Assembly: GCF_009914755.1 (NCBI RefSeq)
Contig: NC_060928.1
DNA from: the human T2T-CHM13v2.0 reference genome, Homo sapiens
DNA: 64,000 nt
Reading direction: 5' to 3' (one strand)
Shown here: positions 42,401-54,709 of the stretch, one piece after another
Layout: the number at the start of each line of letters is the position of its first letter
Position numbering within the stretch: the stretch's first letter is position 1
The notes under the pieces: model-generated
What the model was told of the DNA's origin: nothing
Databases searched by the model: none
Seen by the model: only the letters and a program-made list of their open reading frames with translations
Translations under genes and position numbers: made by a program

Positions 42401-42663
42401 ATACCAAAAATAAGCACTTGAGAGGCACAAGTGTTTAATGCAGCAGAAACCATAACTTCAATAAGCATCAAGTCGTGACTAGAAAATAAATGTAATACAT
42501 TTCTGGAAATTTTAAAAATCAGGAAAGTAATTTTTCCCAGGATTACCATGGAGAATCTTAGAAAATGTAGCATTTGATCAAGGCTATGAATGATGTGTAA
42601 GGTGTATATATACATATACATATATATACACACACACGTATATATTATATGTTATATATAATT

Positions 42664-42764
42664 ATAATTTATGATTATTAAAACAATGTTGTGATAAACA
42701 CTCCTTTTCCATACATCTATGAGTTCTTGTCTGATTATTTCTAGCACATACATTTCTAGAAGCA
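42664..42764 (+). repeat. Direct copy of 39901-40001 inside a (TA)-rich tract
   Basis: 101 bp with 3 mismatches by manual alignment. Confidence 0.97.
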
Positions 42765-42985
42765 TATATTTATATGTTATATAATATATATTATATATTA
42801 CTATATATATGGTATTTCCAGTGAAAACCATTTTCAGTAATTGTAGTTGTTCCAGTTGAGCTAAAAGAGAAATTTCTTCAAGCCAAAAAGTTGTAAGAAA
42901 TACAGCTGGAGAGATAATTGGAGTTTTGATTATTAGGTAAAGATGTTTCAAGCTTATCCCTAAAGTAATGTGAGATTATATATAT

Positions 42986-43339
42986 TTTTTCTTTTTTCTA
43001 TTTTTTTTTCTTTTTTTTTTTGAGACGGAGTGTCACTCTGTCGCCCAGGCTAGAGTTAGAGTGCAGTGGGGCGATCTCGGCTCACTGAAAGCTCCGCCTC
43101 CCGGGTTCACGCCATTCTCCTGCCTCAGCCTCCCGAGTAGCTGGGACTACAGGCACCCGCCACCACGCCCGGCTAATCTCTTTTTTTTTTTTTTTTTTAA
43201 TATTTTTACTAGAGACAGGGTTTCACCGTGTTAGCCAGAAAGCTCTCAATCTCCTGACCACCTCGGCCTATCCACCCTATCTGCCCGCCTCAGCCTCCCA
43301 AAGTGCTGGGATTACAGTCATGAGCCACCGTGCCCAGCC
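42986..43339 (-). mobile_element. AluY with local micro-rearrangements
   Basis: AAGCTCCGCCTCCCGGGTTCACGCCATTCTCC and CACCGTGTTAGCCAG; extra bases near 43054 and at 43259-43281. Confidence 0.95.
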
Positions 43340-44187
43340 ATGAGTTTGTATTTTTAAGCAGAACTTTTTTAACAGATGACTAGAAGTGATTTTGAAAAAT
43401 TAATGCAGTGTCATCTGAAGAATGACAGAGGGAATCCTCTCAAGTAGTTAAAGGATTGCTAAGCTATAAATTAATACAAATACAAAAGTGGAAGGCAGAG
43501 AAAAACTATGGAAGGAGCAGGTGTAAAAACCGCTTGGGAAGAGAAATTGATGTAATTTTGCCATTGATTATGTGCAAGAATGAGTTTCCTCTGAAGTTTT
43601 GATTTGGGAAATGTAAAATTATATTTCTAGAAAATGAATATGAATACAGGAAGTATACATTCATAATTACTTGAGTTAAAGACATTTTGAATTTCAGATG
43701 CTGGTGATCAATCTGGTAAAAAAAATGTTTAGTAGGTAATTGCAAACTTATAACAAACTCAGAAAAGCACATAAGTACAAAGTTTTAGAATTCATGATAA
43801 AAATGTAAAGCCATTATTTTAATTTATAGATACAAATGAAATCTCTAAGAAAAAGAATGGGGGAGAAAAGAATAAAAATATTATTTCATGCACACACAGG
43901 AGACAGGAAAAAAAGAGAAGGAAATGAAGAGAATAGAAAAAACATAATCAACATTTAGTCAGTAAATAAATACAACATAACATACTACCAGTCACACTCT
44001 AGTTAAATAAAAGAATAATCATACTATACATATATAGTAATCATATAGTGTGATACCACAGATGTTAAAGAAGAAAAGAGTTCCAAAAAAGAGGTGCTAA
44101 TGTGCAAAGACAAATATATCAGTGGTTATGAATAAGAACACCAACCTTTTTTGAGAATCTACTGTTTGTCTGATTAGATATATAAAG

Positions 44188-44196
44188 ACACACATA

Positions 44197-44227
<31 letters not shown>

Positions 44228-44231
44228 CACA
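44188..44231 (+). repeat. Interrupted (CA)n microsatellite
   Basis: Visible CA array. Confidence 0.92.
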
Positions 44232-45651
44232 GATTCTCTTTAAATCCTATGAAATGTATGAAACATGTTTATATGTTTGTACGTATTATAATCCATGTTT
44301 ACAAAGTAAAGATAGAGGCTCTATACAGTTAAATGGCATGCTTGCCCTACTAGAAGCTAGTATTTGGTAGAACATAGATTCTTTCTTTTTCCAAAGTGAC
44401 CCTCAGAAAGAAAGGATGGATTTTAGTAATGTAATATAATTAAAAACTAGGTGATGGAATTGATGGGAATGAAAATAGATTGCAAAAACTTACTTGGAGA
44501 ATGCAGTTAAGAGTTAATATCATACCCATAACTTGGATTCATTCTTTTTTTTCATTTATTCTTTCCATACATATTTACTTATTATTTATTCTGCAAAATA
44601 AGCTATACAAGATGATGGGGATAAAAGAGTTCAGCATAAATAAAATAATAAGAACAAAGCAATAAAAACAGATATCATAAGAACTTTCTTCTTATGAAGA
44701 TAACAGTAGGGTGGGAAGAATTGTGAATTTTAAAGAAGACCAAATAGATGTAAAATTGTGACTACCAAAGTACAAGGAAGGAAATCCATAGTTCTATGCA
44801 GGAAATGATACCTGAGTTGGGATCTGCAGGAAGATAAGTTATTTGGCAAATAAAATGTGTCTATGTTTGTTACTGGGCTGGGAGGAAGAGGCTGTAGCAC
44901 ATATAATACATAGTAGGAGCTCATTAACTGCTAACTGGTTTCTAAATTGATCTTATCTAGTCACCTCGGTCTTGCTAAAATAGTTCGAAACCAGAGTCTT
45001 GATCATAACACTGTAAATAATAAATCACATTATCTTTTTGTTTAATAGAGGAAAAGCTGTTCCAACAAATATATTTCCAACAAAATTGGTAAACATAATT
45101 GAATTTATTTATCTTCTTTAAGGCCATTGGTACTAGAAATATAAAATTAAGAGAAACTAGAAACACATAAGGCAAAAATTCTTTAGTTGAGTTACTTTTT
45201 TCCAGGTTTTATTTGGCAATAAACAGATAACTTGATTTAATGATTCAAAAAAATAACATTTTCTGCATTACTAAAGGAAAGATATTTAAAATGGGATTAA
45301 TAAAATACATGGGGAAAATGGACATGAACATGCAATGACCAAGTGTATAAGTCACGCATGGTGAGCAGTCAGACTGGTCAATGACATCTTTTCTACTATT
45401 GCTAAAACAATCTAGGAATGATTTTCAAGAGAGAAGAAATATTTGTTCTGGTGATTCAGTTATCCTTCTGACTATGATGATATAATAATATCTAGAAATT
45501 ACCTTTTGAGTATGAGCCTAGATTACAACATCCTCTCTTCTCTCAAAACTACAAGGTGATTTGGCCTGAGTTTCAGCCACTACAGCCTCCCTACCGAAGT
45601 CCGCGACAGAGAAACTGACCATTCTATACAAACAGATGTGGATGCTGCATC

Positions 45652-46356
45652 TGAGGCAGGATAGGGAGTCAAGGAAGTGACCATGTTCTTGGGAGGCAGC
45701 AACCATGGTGACCGTACAATCAACACAATAGGCCTCAGCATTTGCACTGTAATTCAGTTCATTCAAGCAAAGCTATCTTCGGTAGAGACTTTCTCTTCTA
45801 GACAGCATGTGCATTTTGATTTTACCTGTCCTCAAACTGACCCTTTGCTCATTGTAATAATAAAAAACCCCTAGGAAGAGATTTAAGATGCTAATGAGAT
45901 ATGTGAAATATGAACAAGCTTGTACAGCTACTGTGTATGTGCACCCAGAACCTAAGACAGCAAAGATCAGCACTTGGGAGACTTCCTTTACAGGAGTCTT
46001 ACATTCTTCATAAGGAGGTGGGAAGAGGAGTTATTAGCAAGTAAGCACTAGTTGCTACTACTAGTAAGCAACTAGTGCTTACTGGTAACTCCTCTTCCCA
46101 CCTCCTTATGAAGAACGTAAGACCCTGTTAAGGAAGTTTCCCGAGTGCTGATCTTTGCTGTCTCATCCTTATGAGCAGCCCATCCTGAATTCCCTCCCTT
46201 TCAGGATGAACTGTCTATTCTGCACCTAATTTTCCAAATATTATTTTTCTTTTGCAGTAAATTACTCTATGCTGCACTTCTTTTGCTGTGCATCTCTTGT
46301 TTAAATTCTTTTAAAGCAAGAAGTCAAGAACCAAGGTGTCACATTAGCCATCAGCA
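45652..46356 (+). mobile_element. Solo LTR (probably ERV1-class, subfamily uncertain) containing an inverted duplication
   Basis: TG start (TGAGGCAGGATAGG), AGTAAA polyA-like signal near 46256, U5-like TCTTGTTTAAATTCTTTT...CAAGAACC and a CA end. Confidence 0.75.
45955..46163. repeat. Long inverted repeat / fold-back palindrome
   Basis: Arms 45955-46056 and 46067-46163 with a 10-nt spacer; about 6 substitutions and 2 small indels between arms. Confidence 0.97.
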
Positions 46357-46782
46357 CAGTCACGTTTGGTCACAGTTAAAACAGATTCAGGAGGGCTGTC
46401 AGCCAGAAGCTAGGCCAATCAATTTATGCCTCCCAAGAATGTAGAAAAAAGCTGGTCAATTTCTATGGGAATTTAAAACCATAAGAAAGTAAACTTAGAA
46501 TCTGTGGACAAGAGAAACAGAAAAAAATGGATCCTTTTCCGTCATGATTTTGTCCTTGGGATTAGCAAAAGTGAATTTAAGAAAGACATCTTGGTTATTA
46601 ACTCCGGGATGAAACACAGAACCATTAGAAGAGAGTTTATCTCATATGTCTTGTAACTGTTTCCTTTTTTATCAATTGCAGTATTATTCCTTCCAGCTAC
46701 AGTCTGAAAGCTAAAATATCTACCAAGAGGGGATTTTGTGTTTTTTTGTAATACAGTGTTGTCCTTTTAACATTTTAATATC

Positions 46783-47300
46783 TGTGGGTAGTTGGCCTCT
46801 AAGATGGTCCTCAGTGATCCTTGCCTCTGGTTCACACCTTTGTGTGATCCTTCCCCTTGAGTGTGAGCTAAACTCACTGACTTCCTTCTAATATACAGAA
46901 GACAATCGTGTTGAAATGTCTGTGATTAGGTTACAAGAAGACTGTGGTTGCCCTCAGTGGGTTCTCACTTTCTCTTGCTCTCTCTTGAATTACTCGCACT
47001 GAGGAGCAAGCTGCCACGGTGTGAGTAGTCCTGTAGTGAGTTCCCGGGGCATAGTAAGAACCGAGCCTTTAGGGAACCGTGTGATGAGCCTGGATGTGAA
47101 TCATTCAGCCCCAGGCAGTCTTGAAATGACTCCAGCCTAGCCAAAGCTTGAAGACAACTTCATGAGAGACCTTAAGCCAAAGGCACCCAGCTAAGCTGCA
47201 CTCAGACATCTGACTCATAGAAACTGAGATGAGTATTTGCTGTTTTAAGCCACTAAGTTTTCCAGTAATTTGTTATACAGAAATAAAAAAAACTGTTATA
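46783..47300 (+). mobile_element. MLT1 (F-like) MaLR LTR
   Basis: TGTGGGTAG...CTCTAAGATGGTCCTCAGTGATCC...CCCCTTGAGTGTGAG...TGTTTTAAGCCACTAAGTTT...TAATTTGTTATACAG. Confidence 0.88.
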
Positions 47301-47456
47301 ATGCCATTTGATATTTTAATACATAACTTTATAAACACTTAAATGTTACTGTATCTCCCTTAGACTTTCTAACAAAATATAACTAGACATTAAAATGTGG
47401 TTAATAAATGCACTATTTGAGTATAGGTCACTCGGTGTTTCCATTTCCATTTCTTG

Positions 47457-47718
47457 ATTTTTTAATTTTTTTTATTTTTTAGATGGAGTCTTGCTCTGTC
47501 ACTAGGCTGGAGTGCAGTAGCACAATATTGGCTCACTGAAACCTCTGCCTCCTGGGTTCAAGTGATTTTCCAGCCTCAGCCTCCCAAGTAGCTGGGACTA
47601 CAGGAGCGCAACACCATACCCGGCTAATTTTTGTATTTTTAGTAGAGACGGGGTTTCACCGTGATGGCCAGGATGGTCTCGATCTCCTGACCTTGTGATC
47701 TACCTGCCTTGGCCTCCA
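47457..47718 (-). mobile_element. AluSc-like, lacking its first ~35 nt
   Basis: GGCCAGGATGGTCTCGATCTCCTGACCTTGTGATC; sequence stops at GGCCTCC. Confidence 0.92.
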
Positions 47719-49113
47719 CTTAAAAAAAAAAAAAAACAAAAGTTAAAAAAAAAACACAAAAGTTAAAGCAAAGGCGACATGAACTCTGGAAATACTGAGA
47801 AATCCTTTCCCTCAAAACAACCTCCAATTTTCATAGAACACTATATATATTTCAATAAATGGATACTATTCTCTTGAGGTGAAATGCAAAGAAGAATGTA
47901 AATAAGCCAAAAACTCAAAAGCAATGGGGTAGAAAAGATTAGACTAAGAATACCCTATAGAATTTGGCATAACACTTAGAAAGTATCACAGGTGTTGATA
48001 TTTGCATGATACATTCAAGAAGAATTTATAACAACTTAGCAGCTGTACTGTAAATAGTGTCTTATAAAAAGTCTATTAAGCAATAATTACTATTCAATAT
48101 TCATGGCTTAATGAAAGTGACTTGTTGCAATTTTAAGTCATTTTAGAATCATCATTATGTAAAACTTTGACATGTGGAAGCTGTTTATATTAGTTAGTTT
48201 GGGAGAAAATGTGTGCATATATTCTGTCTTTTTTTCTTCCATACCAGGAAAGAAGAAAACATTGCATTCCATGTAAATAGTTTTTGTGTCATTTTAACAA
48301 AATGTTCAATAATTTCTATTTGGTTTTCTTGACAGCTTGCTCTTCAAGGGCATTACATTAACATGTGCAAGAACACACCAATTAAAAAACATTTTATAGC
48401 ACACTTCAAATTCTAGTGCTGAGAATTTTTAAAAATGATAAAGTGATAATTGCTTCTGTAAAGTTTCTAAACAAATTCCAAGGTGTTTGGAGTACAGATA
48501 TCTGTTTAATGTCCACCTATAGGAAAACATTGATTTCCGGCCACTCATAGCTACTGGTCATAGGCATTTCTTTGGGAGTCCCCAGGCAGTGAGAAAACAC
48601 ATTGAGCCATGCATATCTTCTGCAGGCATAAAGTAAGTTAAAAAGAGATATAATACTTAATATAAAAAAGAGACATAATAGTAAAAAGTCAGAATGTTTT
48701 GGAACTTAATCACATTATTTAGTGAAAGTTTACATTAAAATTTGACAAAAAGAAGACACATCATGAAAACACAGAAATGTCAGGCTAAAAACCTCAAGTA
48801 GTTGTTCAATTTTTTACAGTTCAGTGAAAATATAATGAATTGGAGGGGAAAAATGTTTAAGGAAAACTGAAAAGTACATAATGTATTTCTATTTTGCTTA
48901 CATGAGATATCATTTTGAAATGTTTCAGGGTATTACTTCAAAGTATATTCTTATTTATTGTGGCTTGCTATGACAAGTACTAAAGTGGTCGTATGCTTTT
49001 CATGTAAACTCCACTTCCTTTAGTTAGACGTAACTCTTCCACATGTATACATACTTTAAAACATTATATGATACATGATAAATATATGAAATTTTATGTT
49101 AATTAAAAAAATA

Positions 49114-49402
49114 GGCCACGCACAGTGGCTCCTGCCTGTAATCCCAGCACTTTGGGAGGCCAAGGTGGGCAGATCACTTGAGGTCAGGAGTTCAAGACAA
49201 GCGTGGCCAACAATGGCAAAACCCCATCTCTGCTAATAATACAAAAATTAGCCGAGCATAGTGGCCCATGCCTGTAGTCCCAGCTACTCAGGAGGCTGAG
49301 GCAGGAGAATCACTTGAACCCGGGAGGCGAAGGTTACAGTGAGACGGGTTTGCGCCACTTCACTCCAGCCTGGGTGACAGAGCAAGACTGTCTCAAAAAA
49401 AA
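49114..49402 (+). mobile_element. AluS (Sx/Sz-like)
   Basis: GGCCACGCACAGTGGCTC...GATCACTTGAGGTCAGGAGTTC...GAGCAAGACTGTCTCAAAA. Confidence 0.94.
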
Positions 49403-49499
49403 TTTTTTTTGAAAAAATTAAAAAATGTTAAGAATTACAAAAAACATTATTCAAAACAGAGAAGTGTCTCTTTTTTTTTAACCTCAAAGGGAGGGGATT

Positions 49500-50720
49500 G
49501 TATAGATATATGAGTATCCGTTGCTGACATGATATTCTATCATTCCCCCAATATGTCTATATTTCTTACAACGACATATCTCCTCCATAACAACAATGCA
49601 ACCATATGAATGAGGACATAAGATTGATACATCACTCCCATCTAACCCTCATTTGAGTTCTGCTCATTGTCCCGATAATGTCCTTTTTAGTAAATGAATG
49701 TAATTTAGAATCATACTTTTTGTATATAGTTGACACTTTTTTTAATGACCCCTTTAGCCTGAAACAGTTACAGTTCTTCAGTGTTCTTTTTTTCTTGAGG
49801 GAGGGGTGGATTTCATAACTTTTATTCCTTTAAACATTATAGATCAATTACATTGTAGAATGTTTCTCAGTTTGGGTTTATCTGATGTTCCTTAAAGATT
49901 AGATTGAGGTTCTGCAACTTTGGCAGGAGTATCACAGAAATTACATATTATTTTTGTCACATCTTCTTATGTGGCTCATAATTTATTTTTTCCTTTCAGA
50001 GTGACAGTAACTTCTATCACTAGATTATGGTGGTATCTTCCAGTATTCTTCACTCTAAAGTTATTCATTTCCCTCTGTGGTTCAAAAGTATTTGTGGTGG
50101 AAGTACTTTAAGACTATGTAAATATCCCATTTCTCATCAAATTTTCATTTTATTCACTCATTTATTTATATTACTGATATGATTTCCAATTGTATTCAGT
50201 GGGTTATAATTTGATACCATCATTATTATGGTGCTTGAATTCTTCCACATGTCTTGTTGCAGACCCTTCACGCTGACTTCTGTGTTCTTTTGATATACCA
50301 CTATCAATCTTTGAGCACTTCTTTGCTTTCTGGAACAATAAGATGTTATTGGCTCATGTTGTTAACTTTGTTTCAGTTTAGATTCAACCATTACTGCAAG
50401 AAGCCTTGGCCTTTTTTGGTGGAGGATGATATTTAGAAACCAAGACCTATGAACCAGGTATACTCATTACAATTAGGATGTAATGACTCCCTGGCACCCT
50501 CAGTAAATAGATATAGGAAATACATTCATTTATGTACATCCATATATACATATAAATACCTATATTTGCATCTATATTCATTTTTATAACTATAGGTTTT
50601 CAAAATTATAAATCATGATGATTCTAATATAACACTTCAAGATTTATTATGACTTCCTCCCTTTCATATTTGTAACTCTGTTCTAAAACAAGAAACCAGG
50701 CTCGGATTTTCTTTCATATG
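49500..50720 (-). mobile_element. L1MC (MC4-like) 3' region
   Basis: CATTGTCCCGATAATGTCCTTT, TGTAGAATGTTTCTCAGTTTGGGTTTATCTGATG and TATTTAGAAACCAAGA motifs. Confidence 0.7.
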
Positions 50721-51439
50721 TTATCTGTTAGACAGATTCCCTTGACGTAATCAGTTTCCCATATAGATTCTGCCTACAGCTTCACACTGATTTCCTTCTT
50801 GTTCCTGCCACCCATCAACATATAGCCATCACCACTTATTTTCTCACCCTCTCCTAATCAATCTGTGTCCTGTGCAGGTACCCTCCTCACTCCAATTGAC
50901 CACTAATATCTCATGCTTAGATGGCATCCCTAGTTGGGCTCTGATCCTCTGCACAAGACCATCACTCAATGGGCATAGTTGACATCTCATAGTAGGAGTT
51001 CCTGGGTAAACACATCCTGCTTCTACTGTTCAGGCTCCAAAACCTCCCACAGGATCACACAGGTGTAGTTTTCCCTCCTTACCCTACATGGGAATTGATA
51101 CTTCGTTCCGAGCCTTCACACCTTCTCCACCTGAGGTGAAAACCTCCCATACTCTGCTCCACTTAAAGCCTTCAGGGATTAATTGTTCAGAAGTAGTAAA
51201 AGAGGAAGAACCTCCTATTCTCTCTTAAACCCATTTCAATGAGGTGTCTGCCCTAACCACTCTGCAAAACTTCTTGCATTTTGTAAAAAATATATTTATT
51301 ATTTATTGGTTAGGACCATGAATAACTACGATAACCATAGGCCCTGTTTATCTGGGACATTCTTAATTCATTTGGTTATCTCTGTTTTGCTCATAAAAAT
51401 GTCCCAGTTTGGAGAGTAATAACTTACTCTCCAAACCCC

Positions 51440-52140
51440 CACATCTTACAATATGTTCTTGATACAGTTGCCAGAGTAATTGTCTCAAAACATAACTCAG
51501 GCCATATACTCCTTTGTTTAAGACCCTGCAATGGCTCCCCTTTCCTTTCAGAGTAAAAGCCAACGGCCTTACAAAAGTATACAATGTCTTACATAATCAG
51601 ACTCTTATTTTTCAGAGCACATCTAATTCATACCCCAGGCTCAGTCTGCTCCCAGGCTCAGCCTGCTCCTGCGCGTTGGCCTTCTTGCTGTTCCATGAGC
51701 ATGCTAGCATATTCCTGCTAACCTGTGCCGCCAAGTCCTTTGCTCTAGCTTTTCTTTCTGCCCAAAATACTCTTTCCCAGACAGCCAATCGATTAGCTTC
51801 TTCAGTACTTCAAATCTTGGCTTAACTATCACCTTCACAATGAAGCTTTCCCTGACCATCATCCTCGTCAGCACTGCATTCTGGCCCTGCCCTGTCTCTT
51901 TGGCATGTCGGATCCCTCTTCCCCTACTCTACATTTTGTATAGCACTTGGTCCTTTAAAAAATATCCTAGTTACTTTGTGAATACTTGTTAGTGCTTTTA
52001 GTTTTTCTCTTTACACTATAATGTAAGTACAGCATGGGCAGGAATGGTGTCTAGTTCCGTTTTCTCACAGATAGCACCTATAACAGTATCTGGCACATCG
52101 TAGATGAACAATACCATAATTGTCGAATGGATAAATGAAG
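51440..52140 (+). mobile_element. L2 3' region
   Basis: CCCTGCAATGGCTCCCC...CAGAGTAAAAGCCAA...TGTAAG...GGGCAGGAA...CTGGCACATCGTAG...GAATGGATAAATGAA. Confidence 0.8.
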
Positions 52141-52964
52141 GTGTTCAGTACAAAACAATCAACATCACCAATGAAAAACCCTAAAATATTTTGATTTAAG
52201 ATGGACAATAATTTTGTCAATTTGTCATCTCTAAGTTAACTATACCAGGTTTACTTAAAATGTATCCTAAAATACCACTGAGCATTTTACCTGATACCCT
52301 CCCATAACGACCAAATTTTAGGCACTATTTTTTTTTAAGAAATTAGAAGTACCCATTATTTTACCATATAAAATTAACTTATTTGTGCTTCTGAAATAAC
52401 AAGTCACAATTTTTTCATCTCCTATTACTTTGCATTATCTCTTACATAGAAATTATATTGCAATTATATAGTCAACCAACAGCCCCATGCTTTGTTCTAA
52501 CTTTTGAATTTTGGGGCCAATGAATATATATTTATAGTTTAACATACTGAGTGTATCACCTTTTCTAATACTGCACACAGATTTTCTAAACTTTTAGAGC
52601 GTTATCATTTTCTAAAAATTCCATAGCACAAATACTGCATGATTTCCTGAATGTTCATTCATTATAACGCTGTGCAGAACTTTGTTTACTAAAGCATTTT
52701 TCCCAATAGTAGCAAAGTTTTGCATGTAACTTTTGCCACCTTTGAAAATAATTTTCCTAAGGAAACATTCTCACAAATGAGATTATTGGATCTAAGAATG
52801 TAATATGTTGCTATTCCAATTACAGTATCATTGGCAATTTAAAAAAAAGAAAAACGTAGCAGTTTTTCCTGATAAAACTCACCAGCACTCATTAAATTTT
52901 TGATCCCAGTTTTGTTGCTTAAAGATTGTACTAAAACATTCTCTGTGTTACTTCTTTTATTTCT

Positions 52965-53934
52965 TTTACAAATTTTATTTTAAATTGACACGTCATAATT
53001 GCACGGATTCATGAGGTACAGTGGGATGTTTTGATAAATGTATATATTGTTTAATGATCAAATAAGGGTAATTAGCATGTCCAGCTCCTCACATATTTAT
53101 TGGTTTTTTGTTTTCGTGGTGAGAACATTCAAATCAATTTCTTCTAGCTTTTTGAAATATACATTATTGTTAACTGTAGTCAGCCTACTGGGTATTACAA
53201 CACCAGAACTTATTTCTCCCAACTAACTGTAACTTTGTACCTATTCTCTAACCTCTCCCCATTCCTTCCTTCTTACCACTTTCCCCAGCCTTTAGTAACC
53301 TATATTCTACTCTCCTATGGGCTCAACTTTTTAAAAGTTCACATATGAGTGAGAACATGTGCTATTTGTCTTTCTGTGCCTGGCTTATTTCACTTAACAT
53401 AATGTCCTCCAGTTTCATCCCTGTTATTGCAAATGACAGGACGTTTTTAATGGTCGAATAGTATTCCATTGTGCATATATACCACATTTTCTTTACCCAT
53501 TTATCTGTTGATGAACACCTAGATTGATTCCATATCTTGGCTATTGTGAATAGTAGTGCAATAAACATGGGAGTGCAGACATTACTTTTATTTACTGATT
53601 GCATTTCTTTTGAATATATAACCCAGTAGTAAGATTGCTGGATCATATGGTAATTCAAGTTTTATATTTTTTTGAGGAATCTCCACACTATTTTTCCATA
53701 ATGGGAGTACTAATTTGTATTCCTACCAACAGTGTGTTAGAGATCCCTTTTCTTCACTTCCTCACCAACATTTTTTTTTATCTTCTGACTATTAGACAAC
53801 AGCCATTATAACTGTAAAAAGATGATATCTCATTGTGGTTTTGATTTGTATTTCCTGATGATTAGTATGTTGGGCATTTTTTTCATATATCTGTTGGCCA
53901 TTAATATGTCTTCTTTTAAGAAATATCTATTCAA
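52965..53934 (-). mobile_element. Older L1 (L1MA-like), 3' part; host of the young L1
   Basis: ORF 53362-53658 gives an L1 ORF2 C-terminal-like peptide (CTPMFIALLFTIAKIWNQ); the element resumes at 59342. Confidence 0.9.
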
Positions 53935-54709
53935 CTTGTAGAGTTTCTGCTGAGAGATCCACTGTTAGTCTGATGGGCTTCCCTTTGTGGGTAACCCGAC
54001 CTTTCTCTCTGGCTGCCCTTAACATTTTTTCCTTCATTTCAACTTTGGTGAATCTGACAATTATGTGTCTTGGAGTTGCTCTTCTCGAGGAGTATCTTTG
54101 TGGCGTTCTCTGTATTTCCTGAATCTGAATGTTGGCCTGCCTTGCTAGATTGGGGAAGTTCTCCTGGATAATATCCTGCAGAGTGTTTTCCAACTTGGTT
54201 CCATTCTCCCCATCACTTTCACGTACACCAATCAGACGTAGATTTGGTCTTTTCAGATAGTCCCATATTTCTTGGAGGCTTTGTTCGTTTCTTTTTATTC
54301 TTTTTTCTCTAAACTTCCCTTCTCACTTCATTTCATTCATTTCATCTTCCATCGCTGATACCCTTTCTTCCAGTTGATCGCATCCGCTCCTGAGGCTTCT
54401 GCATTCTACACGTAGTTCTCGAGCCTTGGCTTTCAGCTCCATCAGCTCCTTTAAGCACTTCTCTGTATTGGTTATTCTAGTTATACATTCGTCTAAATTT
54501 TTTTCAAAGTTTTTAACTTCTTTGCCTTTGGTTTGAATTTCCTCCTGTAGCTTGTAGTTTGATCGTCTGAAGCCTTCTTCTCTCAACTCGTCAAAGTCAT
54601 TCTCCATCCAGCTTTGTTCCATTGCTGGTGAGGAACTGCGTTCCTTTGGAGGAGGAGAGGTGCTCTGCTTTTTAGAGTTTCCAGTTTTTCTGCTCTGTTT
54701 TTTCCCCAT
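53935..54709 (-). pseudogene. L1 ORF1p N-terminal portion (inverted, disrupted)
   Basis: MGKKQSRKTGNSK...DEMNEMK* followed by ENTLQDIIQENFPNLARQANIQIQEIQRTP...DLSAETLQ. Confidence 0.95.
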
